From assembly GCF_018977255.1 (NCBI RefSeq), contig NW_024704742.1, positions 53,570,001 through 53,634,000 on the forward strand: a DNA stretch of 64,000 bases. The letters run 5' to 3'. The notes under the pieces are model-generated. The model was not told the origin of the DNA, did not search any database, and was given only the letters and a program-made list of their open reading frames with translations. The DNA is from Callorhinchus milii. Its lineage: Eukaryota. Shown here piece after piece: positions 39,036-52,316 of this stretch (position 1 is the stretch's first letter; the number at the start of each line of letters is the position of its first letter). Position numbers and translations under genes: made by a program.

Positions 39036-42000
39036 TAATACCCTTCCTTTTCATGTTTCCAATTCCTTTTTTAAATGCCACCACTGACATATCATTCCAC
39101 CTCAACAACACTGTGGGAGGAGTTCTTCCGAATCTCTCCTCTACAATTTGCAGTCATAATTTTGAATTCATGTCCTCTTACCCTCAGATCCCCTTAAATC
39201 CCCTCCCATTGGAAAACGTTTCTTATGCTTAATTCTCCCAAATACCTGCATTGCAAAAACAATTTTGGACGTTCATATGATTTTCAAAAAAAACTTCCTG
39301 GGTTCTTTGGTAAACTATTTATTATATCTTTTCCATTCCTTGTAATACCTTGCAGTAGAGTAATTGAGTGACTCATAGATGCAATCTTGCATAGAAAAGT
39401 GACTGACCTTGAAAGGAAAACTGAATTATGTATTTAATATCATACAATCTGCTACAGGTACTTTGTAATTACTAACACATCAGTTTTTCAAGTTGTTGCA
39501 TGTAAATGCAATATTTTAGGTTTTGTCCATCGCCAAAAAGGTTTTGTTCCCAGTGGTGGGAATGAATTAAAAAGGAATACAATGGAAAGAGCATTTTACG
39601 TGTATAGTAATCTTTATGAGGGAAGGGGAAAATATTCTCTTTTAGCTTTTCACAGCTGAATAAATGTAAACATTGAAACTAAACTTATTTTCCATGACTG
39701 TATAAATAAAATTACTCTGGTGAGTATAACATGAATGCTATGTCATTCTAATAATCTAATTTAACCATAATATGGCTTCCATTCATTGTGACTTTAATGC
39801 CCATTTGTCGGGCTGAATCCAAATTACAATAGTAAGGTGGATTATAAAGATGAAATCTGATTTGACCATTCAGAATATAAATCGTATTTCAAGTAAATGC
39901 ACTACTGACTAGGACATAGCATATTAATGGCTTTCATTAGCTTTACTCTAATACGTCATGCTTCATGTTATTCTGTTCTTTTTCCAAGCATGTTAAGTAG
40001 TAAAATTACTGCACAAAGATATGGAGTTCAGATGCATAGAAGATGCATAAAAAAGAACAAAACCCTGGCTCAGTTCCAACAAAAGGTCACATTTCCGATG
40101 CTGATAAACTTATTGTGTGCACTCATTGTTTATTTTAGATTCCTACATTGGCAATTAATTTTGTCTTCATGATTTACTATCCATATATATGCTATATTTA
40201 CAATCCAGATATCTGTTCTGAATAACAATTTCAATCCAAAGGAAAGCATTATTTGAAAAAGAAATGAGATTTTTTTCCCCCCAAAAGGAACACCTTCTGT
40301 GCTTTATTATACCTTCTCTTTCTTGTTACTCATTAATCCTTTGAGAATTGTTTCTGTTGTTTCCCAGGATTATCTTCTTTATGAAGAAAAACTTTCTTCA
40401 ACTGTTCATTCTCCCAGGATGTTCATACTTGCTTCACATGAATCAATGTATCTGTCACGATAAATCTGATTAGATTGAATTCTCAGAAGACAGAATATTG
40501 CTTGTGGACTTGCTACTGCCTTAGGCATGGGCAGTATCTTGGAAGGAACTAGCTTCTTCAGTCTAAAAACAATGTTAACATCATATTCTATGTAACAATG
40601 TTACAATTTAAAAGATCTTTTCAATCTTTCCTTGTTTTAAAGCTATATTCACAATTCACATAAGAGACCCACATCTCTTTTGAACTTGATCTTCATGTTT
40701 GTAACACTGACAATTCAGAAAAAAAGAAATACGAGCTTTGCACAGGACTGGGGAGGATTCTCAAAACAATTATTTGAGTATATATATATATATGTATATA
40801 CATATATACCCAAAGAATTACCAGATTACTTCAAATTGGCATCAATTACAGCAATGTTTACGTAAACTAAATGTAAAACATAAAACCATAGGCTTCTACA
40901 GGGCTGTATCAGTGTACAATGTTGAGCTTGAGGGTAACCCCATTATAACTGAAGGCCTTGAATCCAAATCATTAAACTCTGTGTTATAACATATTCCTCC
41001 AACCCCCCTCCCCCCCAAAAAAATACCACCACCTTCCAGGTTTTCAGGTCATCGCTGACATCACTTCTGGCTTGGAGCATAGGTTTCCTCTGGGCCTGCA
41101 GATTGCTGAAAGTGTGGTATACCCCCAGCTTCTGACACAGACAGGCCAGCTTCCTGCACATACATGCAGCATGCAGGCTGGTCAGCTCTGACTGCCTAAA
41201 TGTTTGCGAAAGAAGTACGGGCTGACCTGTTGGCCTTCTTCCTGCGCAGAAAGCGGTCGGTCTGCACCACAAGCTGGAAGTGTACCTCATTTCTAGCGAC
41301 CACAAGAGACGCTAGAATTCTAAGTGAATTTGCACTCCAATGAGGCTCTTGGTAACTGGGGCTGCGCTGAGGTTTGATTCCTGCTTCCAAATAGGAACTC
41401 CGAGCACTCTTGGGAAATGATCTGGCATTCATAATGCTGATGTAAATTGGCACTCAACACTTCAGTTCCTTTAATTGCAGAGATTTTAAACAAGGTACAG
41501 TATTAGCAGAACATTTTGCCTGCAAACAATACTAAATGCTTTCATTAACTCAGAATTGCTTGAATCTCCTGCGTAATGCATGTAACTTGACAAGCCTGCA
41601 CCTGTGTTTTATCTTGTTAACTTACAAGTTAATGCCTCGCACATTGGTATATTGGCCAGTGTCCCAGAATTGCCTCTCACAATTATCAGGAAGTTAAAAC
41701 AGACAGTTAAACATATGGTTTATTTTATTTAGATAAACCATATGTTTGGATTCTGTCCAAACTATATCATTTTGATATAGAACTAATTAACATCTTGCTA
41801 AGCAAAATTCTTTCTTCAAAAATCATACTCTCAAATGTATGATTGATCGATATCTAAACATATAATATTTTAATTGCTCTAAAATCCATGCTATCAAAGA
41901 TTAATAATCATATAATTCCATTGAAAGAAAATAGTAAACTTTGAATTTGATTTAGTGCCTATAGCATCCAAAAATGCTTCATAGGTAAATATGTCCTGTC

Positions 42001-42244
42001 AAATTTATCAAAACCAATATATTTGCAATCAATGGATAAAAGAGAGGTCTTGATGAGTGCATGAAAGAGTAGGGAACAGAGGGTTATCAGAGAGGGGACA
42101 AGGAGGAGCGAAAGATCATGTAAGGTATAAACATTGGCTTGGACTAGTTTGGCTAAATGGTCTTTTTCAATGTAACGTTTTATATAATTTTATGTAATTA
42201 TGTAAATTAATGTGTAGTGGTAGTGACTATTTATTTGAAGTCAA

Positions 42245-42525
42245 CTGCAGCAGCCTAATTCCATGCACCAAGGTGCCACAAACAACCCTCTGTCACGGTA
42301 GCACAGCATTGTGGCATAATTTCGAGCCAGGAAGAAGGGGAGCTGACCAAAGTCATGGTCGAAAAGGAAAGTCTTCAGATGTGATTTGAAGACAGACAGA
42401 GAGGGTGCAAGATGAAGGAATTGAGGCAGGGAGTTCCAGAGATTTGGAACATCGTGGCTGAAAGCACAACCACTAATTGTGGAGCGGTGGGGACAGGGGA
42501 TGTGCAGCAGACCCATGCCAGGTGA
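42245..42525 (-). mobile_element. L2 3' fragment
   Basis: RSTISGCAFSHDVPNLWNSLP...LSVFKSHLKTFLF. Confidence 0.8.
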
Positions 42526-42779
42526 AAAAAGACACAATGAGAGTGCTCAATCCCATTACTTTCTTCCTACCCTCTAAGTTCAGCTTCATTGCTCAGGTTT
42601 TCAAACTGACCCCGTGCAGCACTTCGAAATGGCATCCTACATGAAAATATTAATAAAATAATTCTTACATTGGTTATAGTGTCTGCAATTTTTAGAATGT
42701 CTCAAAGTGCTTCACAATGTTTCTGTCAAGTTTAGTTATTGACTGTAAAGAGGCTATATATGTGCACATTGTTGTTCAA

Positions 42780-43002
42780 AATCATTCTCTTTTTGAACAA
42801 TGCCATGAGATCTTTATTATCCACTTGAATAAGCAGACACATTCTTGGTTCAACATCTCATCCGAAAGATGGGACCTCTGACTTTGCAGTGTTCAGCCAT
42901 TACTGTACTGGAGTGTCAGCCTAAGTTGTGAGCTGTAATTCCCGATGTGGGGCTTGAACCTTCTGACCCAGAGACGAGAGTGCAACCAACTGAGCCAAGT
43001 TG
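42780..43002 (-). mobile_element. Old Deu-domain SINE 5' half
   Basis: aatgccatgagatcttt..tccac..catctcatccgaaaga..cagccattactgtactggagtgtcagcct..cttctgacccagag..caactgagcca. Confidence 0.78.
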
Positions 43003-43017
43003 GCAGAAAGATGTTAC

Positions 43018-43083
43018 CTCCTGTTTGTTGAATTTCTGAAGAGGAGCCATCAACTTGTATTATTTCAGCCTCAACAGCTTCTT
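43018..43083 (-). other. Candidate 66-nt exon of an unidentified transcript
   Basis: aatttgttttcag| ... GAG|gtaaca; symmetric phase 1-1, open frame EAVEAEIIQVDGSSSEIQQTG. Confidence 0.3.
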
Positions 43084-43639
43084 CTGAAAACAAATTAAGA
43101 GTTTTCATAGAATAAGTAGACAATTTGACTTGGACTTGGACCATGATGGCTGAACTAAAGATTATTCTTAATTTGAGATTACTATAACATTCTTGACACA
43201 CAAAAGACAGAATAATCGCCATGATTATTACAGTTCATGCTCTATGCATTATTTTCATTTAAAGGTCAATGGTTAATTCATCAGTCAGCAAAGGTAATAA
43301 TGAAAGCAAATTGGATTAGTTTTAATTGTGAGAATTACATTCGTAAGTAGCCAATCTCTCTTTCTGGTACGTAAAAATTTATATGGAGGAAATTTTCCAT
43401 TACTCTTAGAACTTTATATTAAATTGAGCTGTTTATGCACAAACATTTCACCCCAGAAGTCCCTCAATACAGCCATCCTCCAGTACAAAATATTGGATAC
43501 TCCCAGCCCCATAAGCAGTCCTCAGTCCCCTTTGCAGGTTGGACACCATACTGTGCAGGAATACTCTTGTTTCAAATGTGCTTCTGTTTAACTTCAGCCT
43601 GTTTTATCATTCTCTGCAGCCAGCTTTGTACAAACACTT

Positions 43640-44210
43640 GCATTGTTATCAACTAAATATTAACAAGACAGAAGCCATACTCCTTGGCTCCCATCGACAT
43701 CTTCTGTCCTCTAGCTCTGACGTCCTCAACCTCCTCGGTCTATCCCTCAGGCATCAGGTTCGACCCACAGCTGTCCCTCCTACCTCACATCTTGTCCCTG
43801 ACCATGACCATCCTCCTTCACTTCCATCACATTGCCTGCCTCCAACTGTACCTTACCCCAGATGCAGCTGAAACACTCGCCCATGGGTTCGTTACCTGCT
43901 TACTCCTCAACCCACTACCCGCTGCATCCATTCGACTGGCTCCGACCTCCTGCATGTCCCTTGTGCTCTCCGTTCTGCCATCGGTGGACTCACTTTCATC
44001 CATTCCAACCTGAAACTCTGGAATACTGTTCCTCTATCCCTCTGCCTTGACCCCTCCTTCCTTATCTTCAGGTCAGGTTTGAAGACCTTTCTCTTCTACT
44101 TGAGCTTCAGTCACCTCCCCTTCCCCCTGGTTTGGCATTGTGCTTCTCCACTGTCAAGCACTCTGAGACGTGTGGTGGGCACTATATAAGTGCAAGTTAT
44201 TGTTGTTATC
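43640..44210 (+). mobile_element. L2 3' fragment with internal deletions
   Basis: NINKTEAILLG, FDPQLSLLPHI, DAAETLAHGFVT; tail tatataagtgcaagttattgttg. Confidence 0.8.
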
Positions 44211-44544
44211 AATAATAATACCAAGTCCTTTTCAATGATAGCTTGTCCAATCTTTACACAGTGGGATAAAATTCTCAGTCAGCATGATGTATAAATGTTG
44301 GCTTTATTTTTAGCCTACAAAGCAAAAGTCTATCACTGTGTGTCTGGCTTCGCAGACTTCACCATTGAAAATAGCAAGAAGGGAGTGCACCTCCAGCCCA
44401 TGAGATGGGATAATCAGTTCCCATAGTTCTTCAAATGTTCTCGAAAAGAGCTGTGCAAAAGCCAGCTTCCAAATTGAAAGTCTCTCCTCTTTAATATCTG
44501 CATGCTCCTGCTCAGCGATGCCATCCACAGGCATTGGATTAACT

Positions 44545-45030
44545 TCCACATGTATGGCAGATGACGCCTAACTCAATATTTCTGCCTCCACTTTCAATTC
44601 CAGGACCACTGCAGTTCTGTTCAGTTTGCCTGTCCGATATCAAGTCCTGGATGAGAACTAACTTTCTGCAGTTGAAAGTCGACAAGACAGAGGTTTTCCT
44701 GCTTGGCCGCTATCAGTGCCTTCTCTTTGACCATGCTTTCGATCTCCCTGCTTTCCCCCCCCGCCCTCCACCCTCCCCAATCCCGACCCTCAGCCAGGTC
44801 GAAACATTGACTATCCAGTGCCTTGGGACATGCTCCTGACTTGAAAGGCGCTATATAAATGTAATGTTGCTGTTCTCACCTCAGGCGCTGACAGCATCAA
44901 TCTACATGAATGCACTCTCCATCCACTTCACAGAGCAGTGCATACCCTTGGCGTCTTATTTGACTCTCAATTGTCCTGTAAACATCAATGCTGTGACCCA
45001 TTCAGCTGTCCCCCACTTCTACTTGCACTG
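44545..45030 (+). mobile_element. Nested L2 fragments (RT piece with an L2 tail inserted)
   Basis: ttccacatgtatggcagatgac (FHMYADD-like), CLSDIKSWMRTNFLQL..DKTE; tail at ~44720-44875, then RT sequence resumes (cacctcaggcgctgacagcatc). Confidence 0.75.
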
Positions 45031-46489
45031 CACTGGCTGCTGGAACAATAATCCCAAAGTCCTGATGTGCGGCTTCAAACCCACACCTTTCTTACTCAGA
45101 GGCAAGAGTGCTTCTAACTGAGCTAGGCTCAATAGATTGCAGAGTGGAAGTGCATTCAGTATTTTACAGCTTAGTAAACAAACAAATGTGTAAAGACAGT
45201 CGCATTGATCAAGGTTAGATGGGTGTCAATAAACTCCAAGAGCTTGAGACTTGTCATTATGAAGCATATCGATCTGTCAATACGTTACTGCCTTCAAAAG
45301 TAGCAGGCATTATTCTTGACACTAATTACCTGCACTTTGAAACTTTTTGGCAGGACAAGGTGCAAAATACAAGTTCTTTCTGCCTTACTGCCTGTAACAC
45401 ATTTCAAACGTTTGTGTTATTCTATATACCTTTAACAGAAAATATAAGGGTCAAAATCCGCTAGACAAATGTTGAAACACTGAATGAACTTAAGAACATA
45501 AGAATTTGCTTGACGAAAGAAGACCAAGGTCCATCAAGTTTGCCTTCCATCATCCTGGCAGTTGCTTGACATGTTCTGTTCCAAACTATATACCATATCC
45601 AGAGATATTATTTTCTAGCAGAAAACTGTCTAATTTGTTCTTGAAACAAGCAACATTTTCCACTTGCATCTTCTCCCTAGGGAACCTCTTCCATTAGTAG
45701 CTCACGTTTTATATGTGCTGGTTTAGTTTCACTCACATATTTGGAAGAGGCCTTTATCTTTCCTAGAGCTGTCCAGCAAGTGGATTGGCAGAGGCAATCA
45801 TAGACTGGGTACTCATAGGACCAACTGACAGCCTAGTTAGGGACCTGAATAAGGCCTCTAGCCAAGTTGCAGGGGAAAAGAGTTTCCTAAGAATAGAATA
45901 TAAAGTGATCCAAGCTTATAGTAACTCATGCATATGTGTCATTTGCTTTAGAATTCATGTTCTGCAGATACACTTCAATATGCTGCATCAAATACACAGT
46001 TTGGCCATCAATAAAATCCTATAAAGCATCCTTGAGTCCCAGGCTATGTTTGCCTCTGCCACTCCACTTGATGGACAACTCCAGGAAAGATAAAGGCTTC
46101 CCCCAAATATGTGAGTGGAACTAAACCAGACAAATACAAAGTGAGCTACCATTCATTGTTTCAACATTTGCGTACTGGAATTTCAACCCTTATATTTTCT
46201 GTTAAAGGTACAGCTTCATTACACATTGAGCCAAAGGAGAGATGTTCCTAACAATAAAACTTCATCACTATTTGATTAGTGAAAATAACAGATAGGAAAA
46301 ACATTGTTCGATTGATAAGCTTGGCATGCATGCATAAATAGCATTTGATGTGGAAATCAAAGTCTTCTTATCAAAGGCATGACAATTTTAAAGTTAGAGA
46401 TATAAAATGTTTGCAAATTAACAGTAAATATAAAAGAATACAACATAAATTTACATTTATATAGATCCTCTGACAATGGGAGGACATTG

Positions 46490-46830
46490 GTATGAACATT
46501 ATTCTACTTTCATATTGGGAAGACATCTCAAGGGTTGCACCTGAGATGGGCATTGGATTCAGGAGGGGGTGGAGACCAAGGGAGGTGTGGTTGGGAGAGG
46601 GAGGAAGATAATCAAAGCCATAGTCAAAGGGAGAGGTTTTGAGACAGACCTTGAAAGATGCAAAGGAAGGGGCAAGGCAAAGGGATTCCAGTATAGAGTT
46701 CCAGAGAGTGAGGGCAGATAGGCTAACTGGTGATAGTGGGCGTGGAAGGCAGGGGACATGAAGCAGGCACTATCTGCAGAGTGAAGGGAGCGGGCAGGTT
46801 GTAGGGTTTTAGAAGGTCAGAGATAAGGTC
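46490..46830 (-). mobile_element. Old L2 3' fragment
   Basis: Reverse G-rich UTR and ggttttgagacagaccttgaaag (FKVCLKT). Confidence 0.6.
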
Positions 46831-47057
46831 ACGCTATATCAGCTAATACTATATTTTTAAATAGCCATAGTTCTTTGAAGTATGAAGTCGTTGAACTGTG
46901 AAGCTTGTTGTAACTCAAATTGATGGGAGTAGTGTTGTCACTTGAGGTAGTTTATATTCCTAAGAAACTCTTCCACAAGAGCATTAAGGCTGAGAACGTT
47001 GGTAACTCAGCTAAGAACACTGTGCTCAATGCTGCCTCCAGCTAGCCAAAATCAAGG

Positions 47058-48870
47058 GAATCCGCTCCGCGGTCACTTCCCCTCCAACATCCACCCACCC
47101 CCACCCCCTCCCTCCCACACTCCGACTCCTACCCATCCTCCCCTACACACTTTCGTACCCGTTTCCCCACCCTCGGTCACCAAACTCATCCTATACCTGA
47201 AACCCACCACCTGCTCCCTTGGCCCCAACCCCACTCCACTCCTTATCTCCCAGCTCCACCTCCTTGCCCCACATATCACTGACATCATCAACCTGTCCCT
47301 CTCCTCTGGCTCTGTTCCCATTCCCTTAAAAAACTGCCACAATCACTCCCACCTTGAAAAAACCCTCCCTTGATGCGTCGCAGCTTACAAGCTACCGGCC
47401 CATCTCCAACCTCCCCTTCCTGTCCAAGGTCCTTGAACGAGTTGTCGCCTCCCAGCTGCGCTCTTTCCTCTCCACCCATTCATTATTCAAACCCCTTCAG
47501 TCGGGTTTCCGTGCTGCCCATAGCACAGAAACTGCCCTGGTCAAGGTCACCAATGACATCCTGACCATCTGCGACCAGGGCTCCCTCTGCCTCCTCTTCC
47601 TCCTCCACCTATCGGCAGCATTCGATACGGTCAACCACGCCATCCTCCTCCACCGCTTGTCCTCCCACCTCAACCTTCAAGGCCCTGTCCTTGAGTGGTT
47701 TAGGTCGTACCTCTCCCACCTTCTTCACTTTGTTTCCACGAACAGCTTTTCCTCCAGCCACCGCATCGTGCAGTGTCCCTCAGGGCTCTGTCCTCGGGCC
47801 CCTCCTCTTCTCCCTCTATATGCTCCCCCTTGGTGACATCATCCGCAGACATGGGGTAACTTCCACATGTATGCGGATGACACCCAACTCTACCTTTCCT
47901 CCTCTACCCTCAACTCCATGACCACCGATGTCCTGACAGCTGCCTGTCTGACATTGAGTCCTTGACGAGAGACAACTTTCTTCAGCTCAACGTGCGCAAA
48001 ACTGAGGCCCTCCTGATTGGCTCACGTCAGCACCTCCGCACCTCAGGCGCTGACAGCATCAACATCCAAGGCTGCACTCTCCACCTCTCAAAGTCAGTCA
48101 GGAACCTCGGTGTTCTGTTCGACCCTGAGCTGTCCTTTCTCCCTCATATCCGCACCACAACTGGCACCGCCTTCCATCACCTCCGGAACATCACCAGACT
48201 ACGGCACTACCTCACCCCTCACGCTGCTGAACCCCTGGTCCACGCCTTTGTCACCTCAAGGCTGGACTATGGGAACTCTCTCCTCGCCGGCCTTCCCGGC
48301 CCTCCCTCCACAAGCTGCAGGTCATTCAGAACTCTGCAGCTCGTGTACTGTCCCGCACCAGGCTTCGGGACCACATCACTCCCACTCTCGCTCTCCTCCA
48401 CTGGCTCCCCATCCCCCAGAGGATCGAATTCAAGATCCTCATCCTCATCTACAAGGCCATTCACGGCCTTGCTCCCTCCTACCTCTCCAACCTTCTATCC
48501 CCCTACCTACCTGCCCGTACCCTCCGTTCCTCTGGCTCCGGTCTCCTCCACATCCCCCGCCCCAACCGCCCTACCATCGGTGGCCGGGCCTTCAGCCTCT
48601 CAGCCCCTAGGCTCGGGAACTCTATCCCCCTGTGCCTTCGCCTTGCTTCCTCCCTTTCCTCTTTCAAGGCCGGTCTCAAGACCTTTCTCTTTGAAAGGTT
48701 CCTTCAGCTCCCCTCTAGACTCTCTACCCCCTCCTCGCTCCCTCCCTTCCCTCCCCTCACCCTGACCATTTCCCCCCTGCTCGGGTCCTGACCCAACTGT
48801 ACAGTGCCTTGGGACATCCTCCCGACGTGAAAGACGCTCTGTAAATGGAATCTTGTTGTTGTTGTTGTTG
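47058..48870 (+). mobile_element. L2 LINE, 5'-truncated ~1.8 kb, best-preserved copy
   Basis: [74 protein letters not shown]; CpGs retained; tail gggacatcctcccgacgtgaaagacgc + (TTG)n. Confidence 0.97.
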
Positions 48871-51800
48871 TATTGAACCTGCAGTGTCTTGCTCTCCTGC
48901 CACTTTAATGGAAACCTGCCCATTTTCTGTACCATTGTTGAACACGGCCACTTGATCCTGGTAGTTGGGAAGAGTGCTAGATGGTGCCCTGGGAGTAGAT
49001 GAAGGGAAGGAAACAGTTCAAAGGTCTATGGGTGTCACGGATGAGCAATTCAGAGCTGGCAGTTATAGAATCAGTAATAGTGAAATGGGTTCCTGGGGGA
49101 AAAGTGGACACTCTCAGAATCCAAATTTTGATTTGCCAAAAGATGCTTAAGTACATTAAATAAACATTCCACATGTTTAACAGATGGCAGGATAGGAAGT
49201 CACAATGGGAACCACAAAACAAATATATGTTGTCAAGTGACCCAGACAATTTAGAAGAAATTTTCCAACTGCTTCTGAGATCTCACCATCCTTTCTTAAG
49301 TATCCAACACTGGTATAACATACATAATATGGGAATAAATGGGAAGCTCGGAGTTATGGCTTTATTGAGGAGCTGGTTTTGTATTGCAGCCCACAGAGTT
49401 GTCTTGTCTCTGAGCAGACCACCTAGTCTTATTTTAAAATATTTTTCTTAAAAACGGCTTCTTACAGAAGCTGTGAGGTTGAAGAAAGCAAAATTTCCAC
49501 TAGATTACCAAGATCTAGCTAATCTGAATGAATGTTCTCTGGTGCAATAAATTCAAATTCTTAACAATATTTGCCAGCCCTTCTAGGTGTAACTCCTCGA
49601 GTCTTATACCTTCTCAAGGCTAGTAAAATATAGTGTGGGGTGTTACTAATTGTGGAAAAAGATGCCTGGGCAGAGAGAAAGTCTAATAAGACATGAACAG
49701 AGTTGTCCAAGACAATAATATATAGGCAAAAGGAGAAATAGCTGGAATTAGAGAATGTATTAGTTGGATGACACTCCCACTGCATGTGTTTTCCAAACCA
49801 CCATGTTACATTTACATCATAGTAGAAATCACCCCTCCAACATTAGCATATAAAACAACAATAATTTGCAGTTATATAGCACCTTCACACAAGTAGCACC
49901 TCAGAGTGCTGAAAAAAAGCCTGTAGCAAGTTGCCCCAACAGTTAACAGCTGTAAATTAATAATGGTATTAAAGCAGACTAAAATGTAAAATAATGGACC
50001 TCCATTTCACCCGTTAATAAGGACCAAATTAGGTTCTTGTTGTAATAACTTAAATTTTTAAAACAGGGAAATTACACCCATGGAATATCATGAGAAGTTT
50101 TGCACAAATTGTGCCAAATTGTGTCATTAATTCTAGAAATGTTTGGATGGTATGTTCCCCAAATAGTAAAGTTTTGCATATCTGCAAATGTTTGTTGAAG
50201 AAATTAGGAATGGTTGTTAGACAGGAACATTGTGTTGCTGTGTGCATTGTAAGATAATTTATTGTTGGGAGTGTGCCACATGACTGTAATTACAATCAAA
50301 GGCCTTTGATGATCGAGATGAACACATTTTCAAATAGGGTTTATTTTGCCAAATACACAGATTTATAATAATAACACACATTTGTACTATGTAGTACCAT
50401 TCCGTAAGAGAATATCTCAAGGTGCTTGACCAATGAAATGGTGAACAAGAAGCAGGGCAAAGGGGAGCTTAAAAATATTGACTAAAGCTACATTCGGAAA
50501 AATATGTGAGTTTTTTTTAAAAGAGGATCTTTGAAGGCAGGAAAAGAGATAGCAAGAGTGATGTTGGAAGGTTGTCCCAAAGAACAGGGTCCTGGTGGCT
50601 AAAGACTCAGCCACCAATAGTGCATCGGAAGGGGTAGAGAGCGAGGGTGAACATCTACCGAGAGAGATGTTTATTGGGAATTTTCATTCAAGAAGAAAAA
50701 ATAAGTTTCATTTTTTGATTTAAAAAAAATGAATCTGCACGTTAATATCCTTTGGTTACTTGAGGGATAGCAAATGATAAAAATATTGCTCACTATATTT
50801 TGGATGTTTCTTCACCAGCATGCAATTGTAGGTCGAGTATCTGACATCTCCCTGCGTAGCCATTACGCAAAAAAACGGGTAACATTCTCAAACTCTGTTG
50901 TCATTTGGATGCTGCTTAACATTAAAAACACTGAGGGGAACCGTCTTCCAAACAAAGACCGATTTAAAAACTTTTTATAATTCTGTGCAATCTTAAGTTT
51001 ACAGACAAAATGATCATAATGGAAGCAGAAATGGAATTTCAGGCCTCTCAAGGTGTCAAAATAATAAATGAAATGCCACATATTTTGTTATTTATAGGTC
51101 CATATACATTACTTGCATCCTGTTTAAGATTGTAAACCCTCCAAACATCTGAATGAATTTTAATATAATTAAATCCATGACAAGCAATGCAAGTTAGTCG
51201 CTTTTTCCTTATTATTGCATCCATCTGATCTTTGCAACAGGAGGAGCTTTGTTGCCTTGTGGTGATGAAAATATTTATCAAAGCTCCTTTCTGCAGAGAG
51301 GAAAGAATGTCTTATAGCTTTCCTAACTGTGTTCTGCTAAGAATGTAGAAGGCTGAAAAATGTTTGTTATTCCTACAAATAGCAGAATGTCCTTATCATT
51401 TTAACTTTGTTGAGATATTTTGGAATCTTTTTTCCCACTTGGCATCATATTTGCATAAAATTAATTAATCTAATTACTGTGGTTAGACTGGGATTACTAC
51501 ATAAGTGACCTAAACCTTTTTAATCTGGCCCAAATTGTATCTGACTGTAGTGCCGAGGCAAATCCATGATTCACAAATAATGCCATTGTTCACAAGGTGC
51601 AGGAAGTATCTCATCAACATATTTTACACCACTTCAGTAAGTAAATGCTGGCATGGAAATGTTGAGAATTGTGTTACTGTAACAGGAATTGAATGCTCAG
51701 TGAGGGGAGGTTTACTCAAACAAAGGACCGAACGCACAATATCTGTCCAATATTTAGCCGATGCAGATGATAAGTATTGACTCAGTGAATCAAGTTAACA

Positions 51801-52273
51801 AAACAGGCATATCATCAAGCCGAAAAAACGGTTTGATCTTTCCCATTATTTATACATATTGGTTGAAATATATAATGCTGAACTGCTGTTATGAAGGAAT
51901 GCGATCTTCATGGGGTGGGGTGGGGGTGTGTGTTTGCAAATACGTCATTACACTAATGATGACCAAAAATATTTTTCACTTGTACACAATGTCTCTGTGA
52001 TAAATGACAGATGGGACTCTCACTCTCCATTCAAGAAGAGTAAGAGTATTGCTGGACATTTTTTTTCATTGGGAAAATTCCTATTTAAAGCTAAATGACC
52101 CCCTGAGAATATTGCCTTTTTGTCTAGATGGGTGTTAAAAAGAATTTCCCACTAAATGATATATTAACATATTCCTCTATACCTAACCACTCAGGATGAG
52201 GGGTGGAAAAAGAAATTGAATCAGGAGGAACAATGTTGCTTTTTCCATATTTTTATTCTCTAATTTTCTCTAG

Positions 52274-52316
52274 TGTAACCTGGCTGATATAACTGATGTG
52301 ATTGCTCAAAATTCAG
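52274..52316 (+). other. Candidate 43-nt micro-exon of an unidentified transcript
   Basis: Acceptor atatttttattctctaattttctctag| and donor CAG|gtatgg; frame 1 open (CNLADITDVIAQNS). Confidence 0.4.

Noticed and set aside
40943..41453. GC-richer block with 85-120 aa ORFs
   Set aside because: No identifiable domain in the frames examined and no consistent exon boundaries; could be an unrecognised repeat or enhancer, but I cannot support a call.
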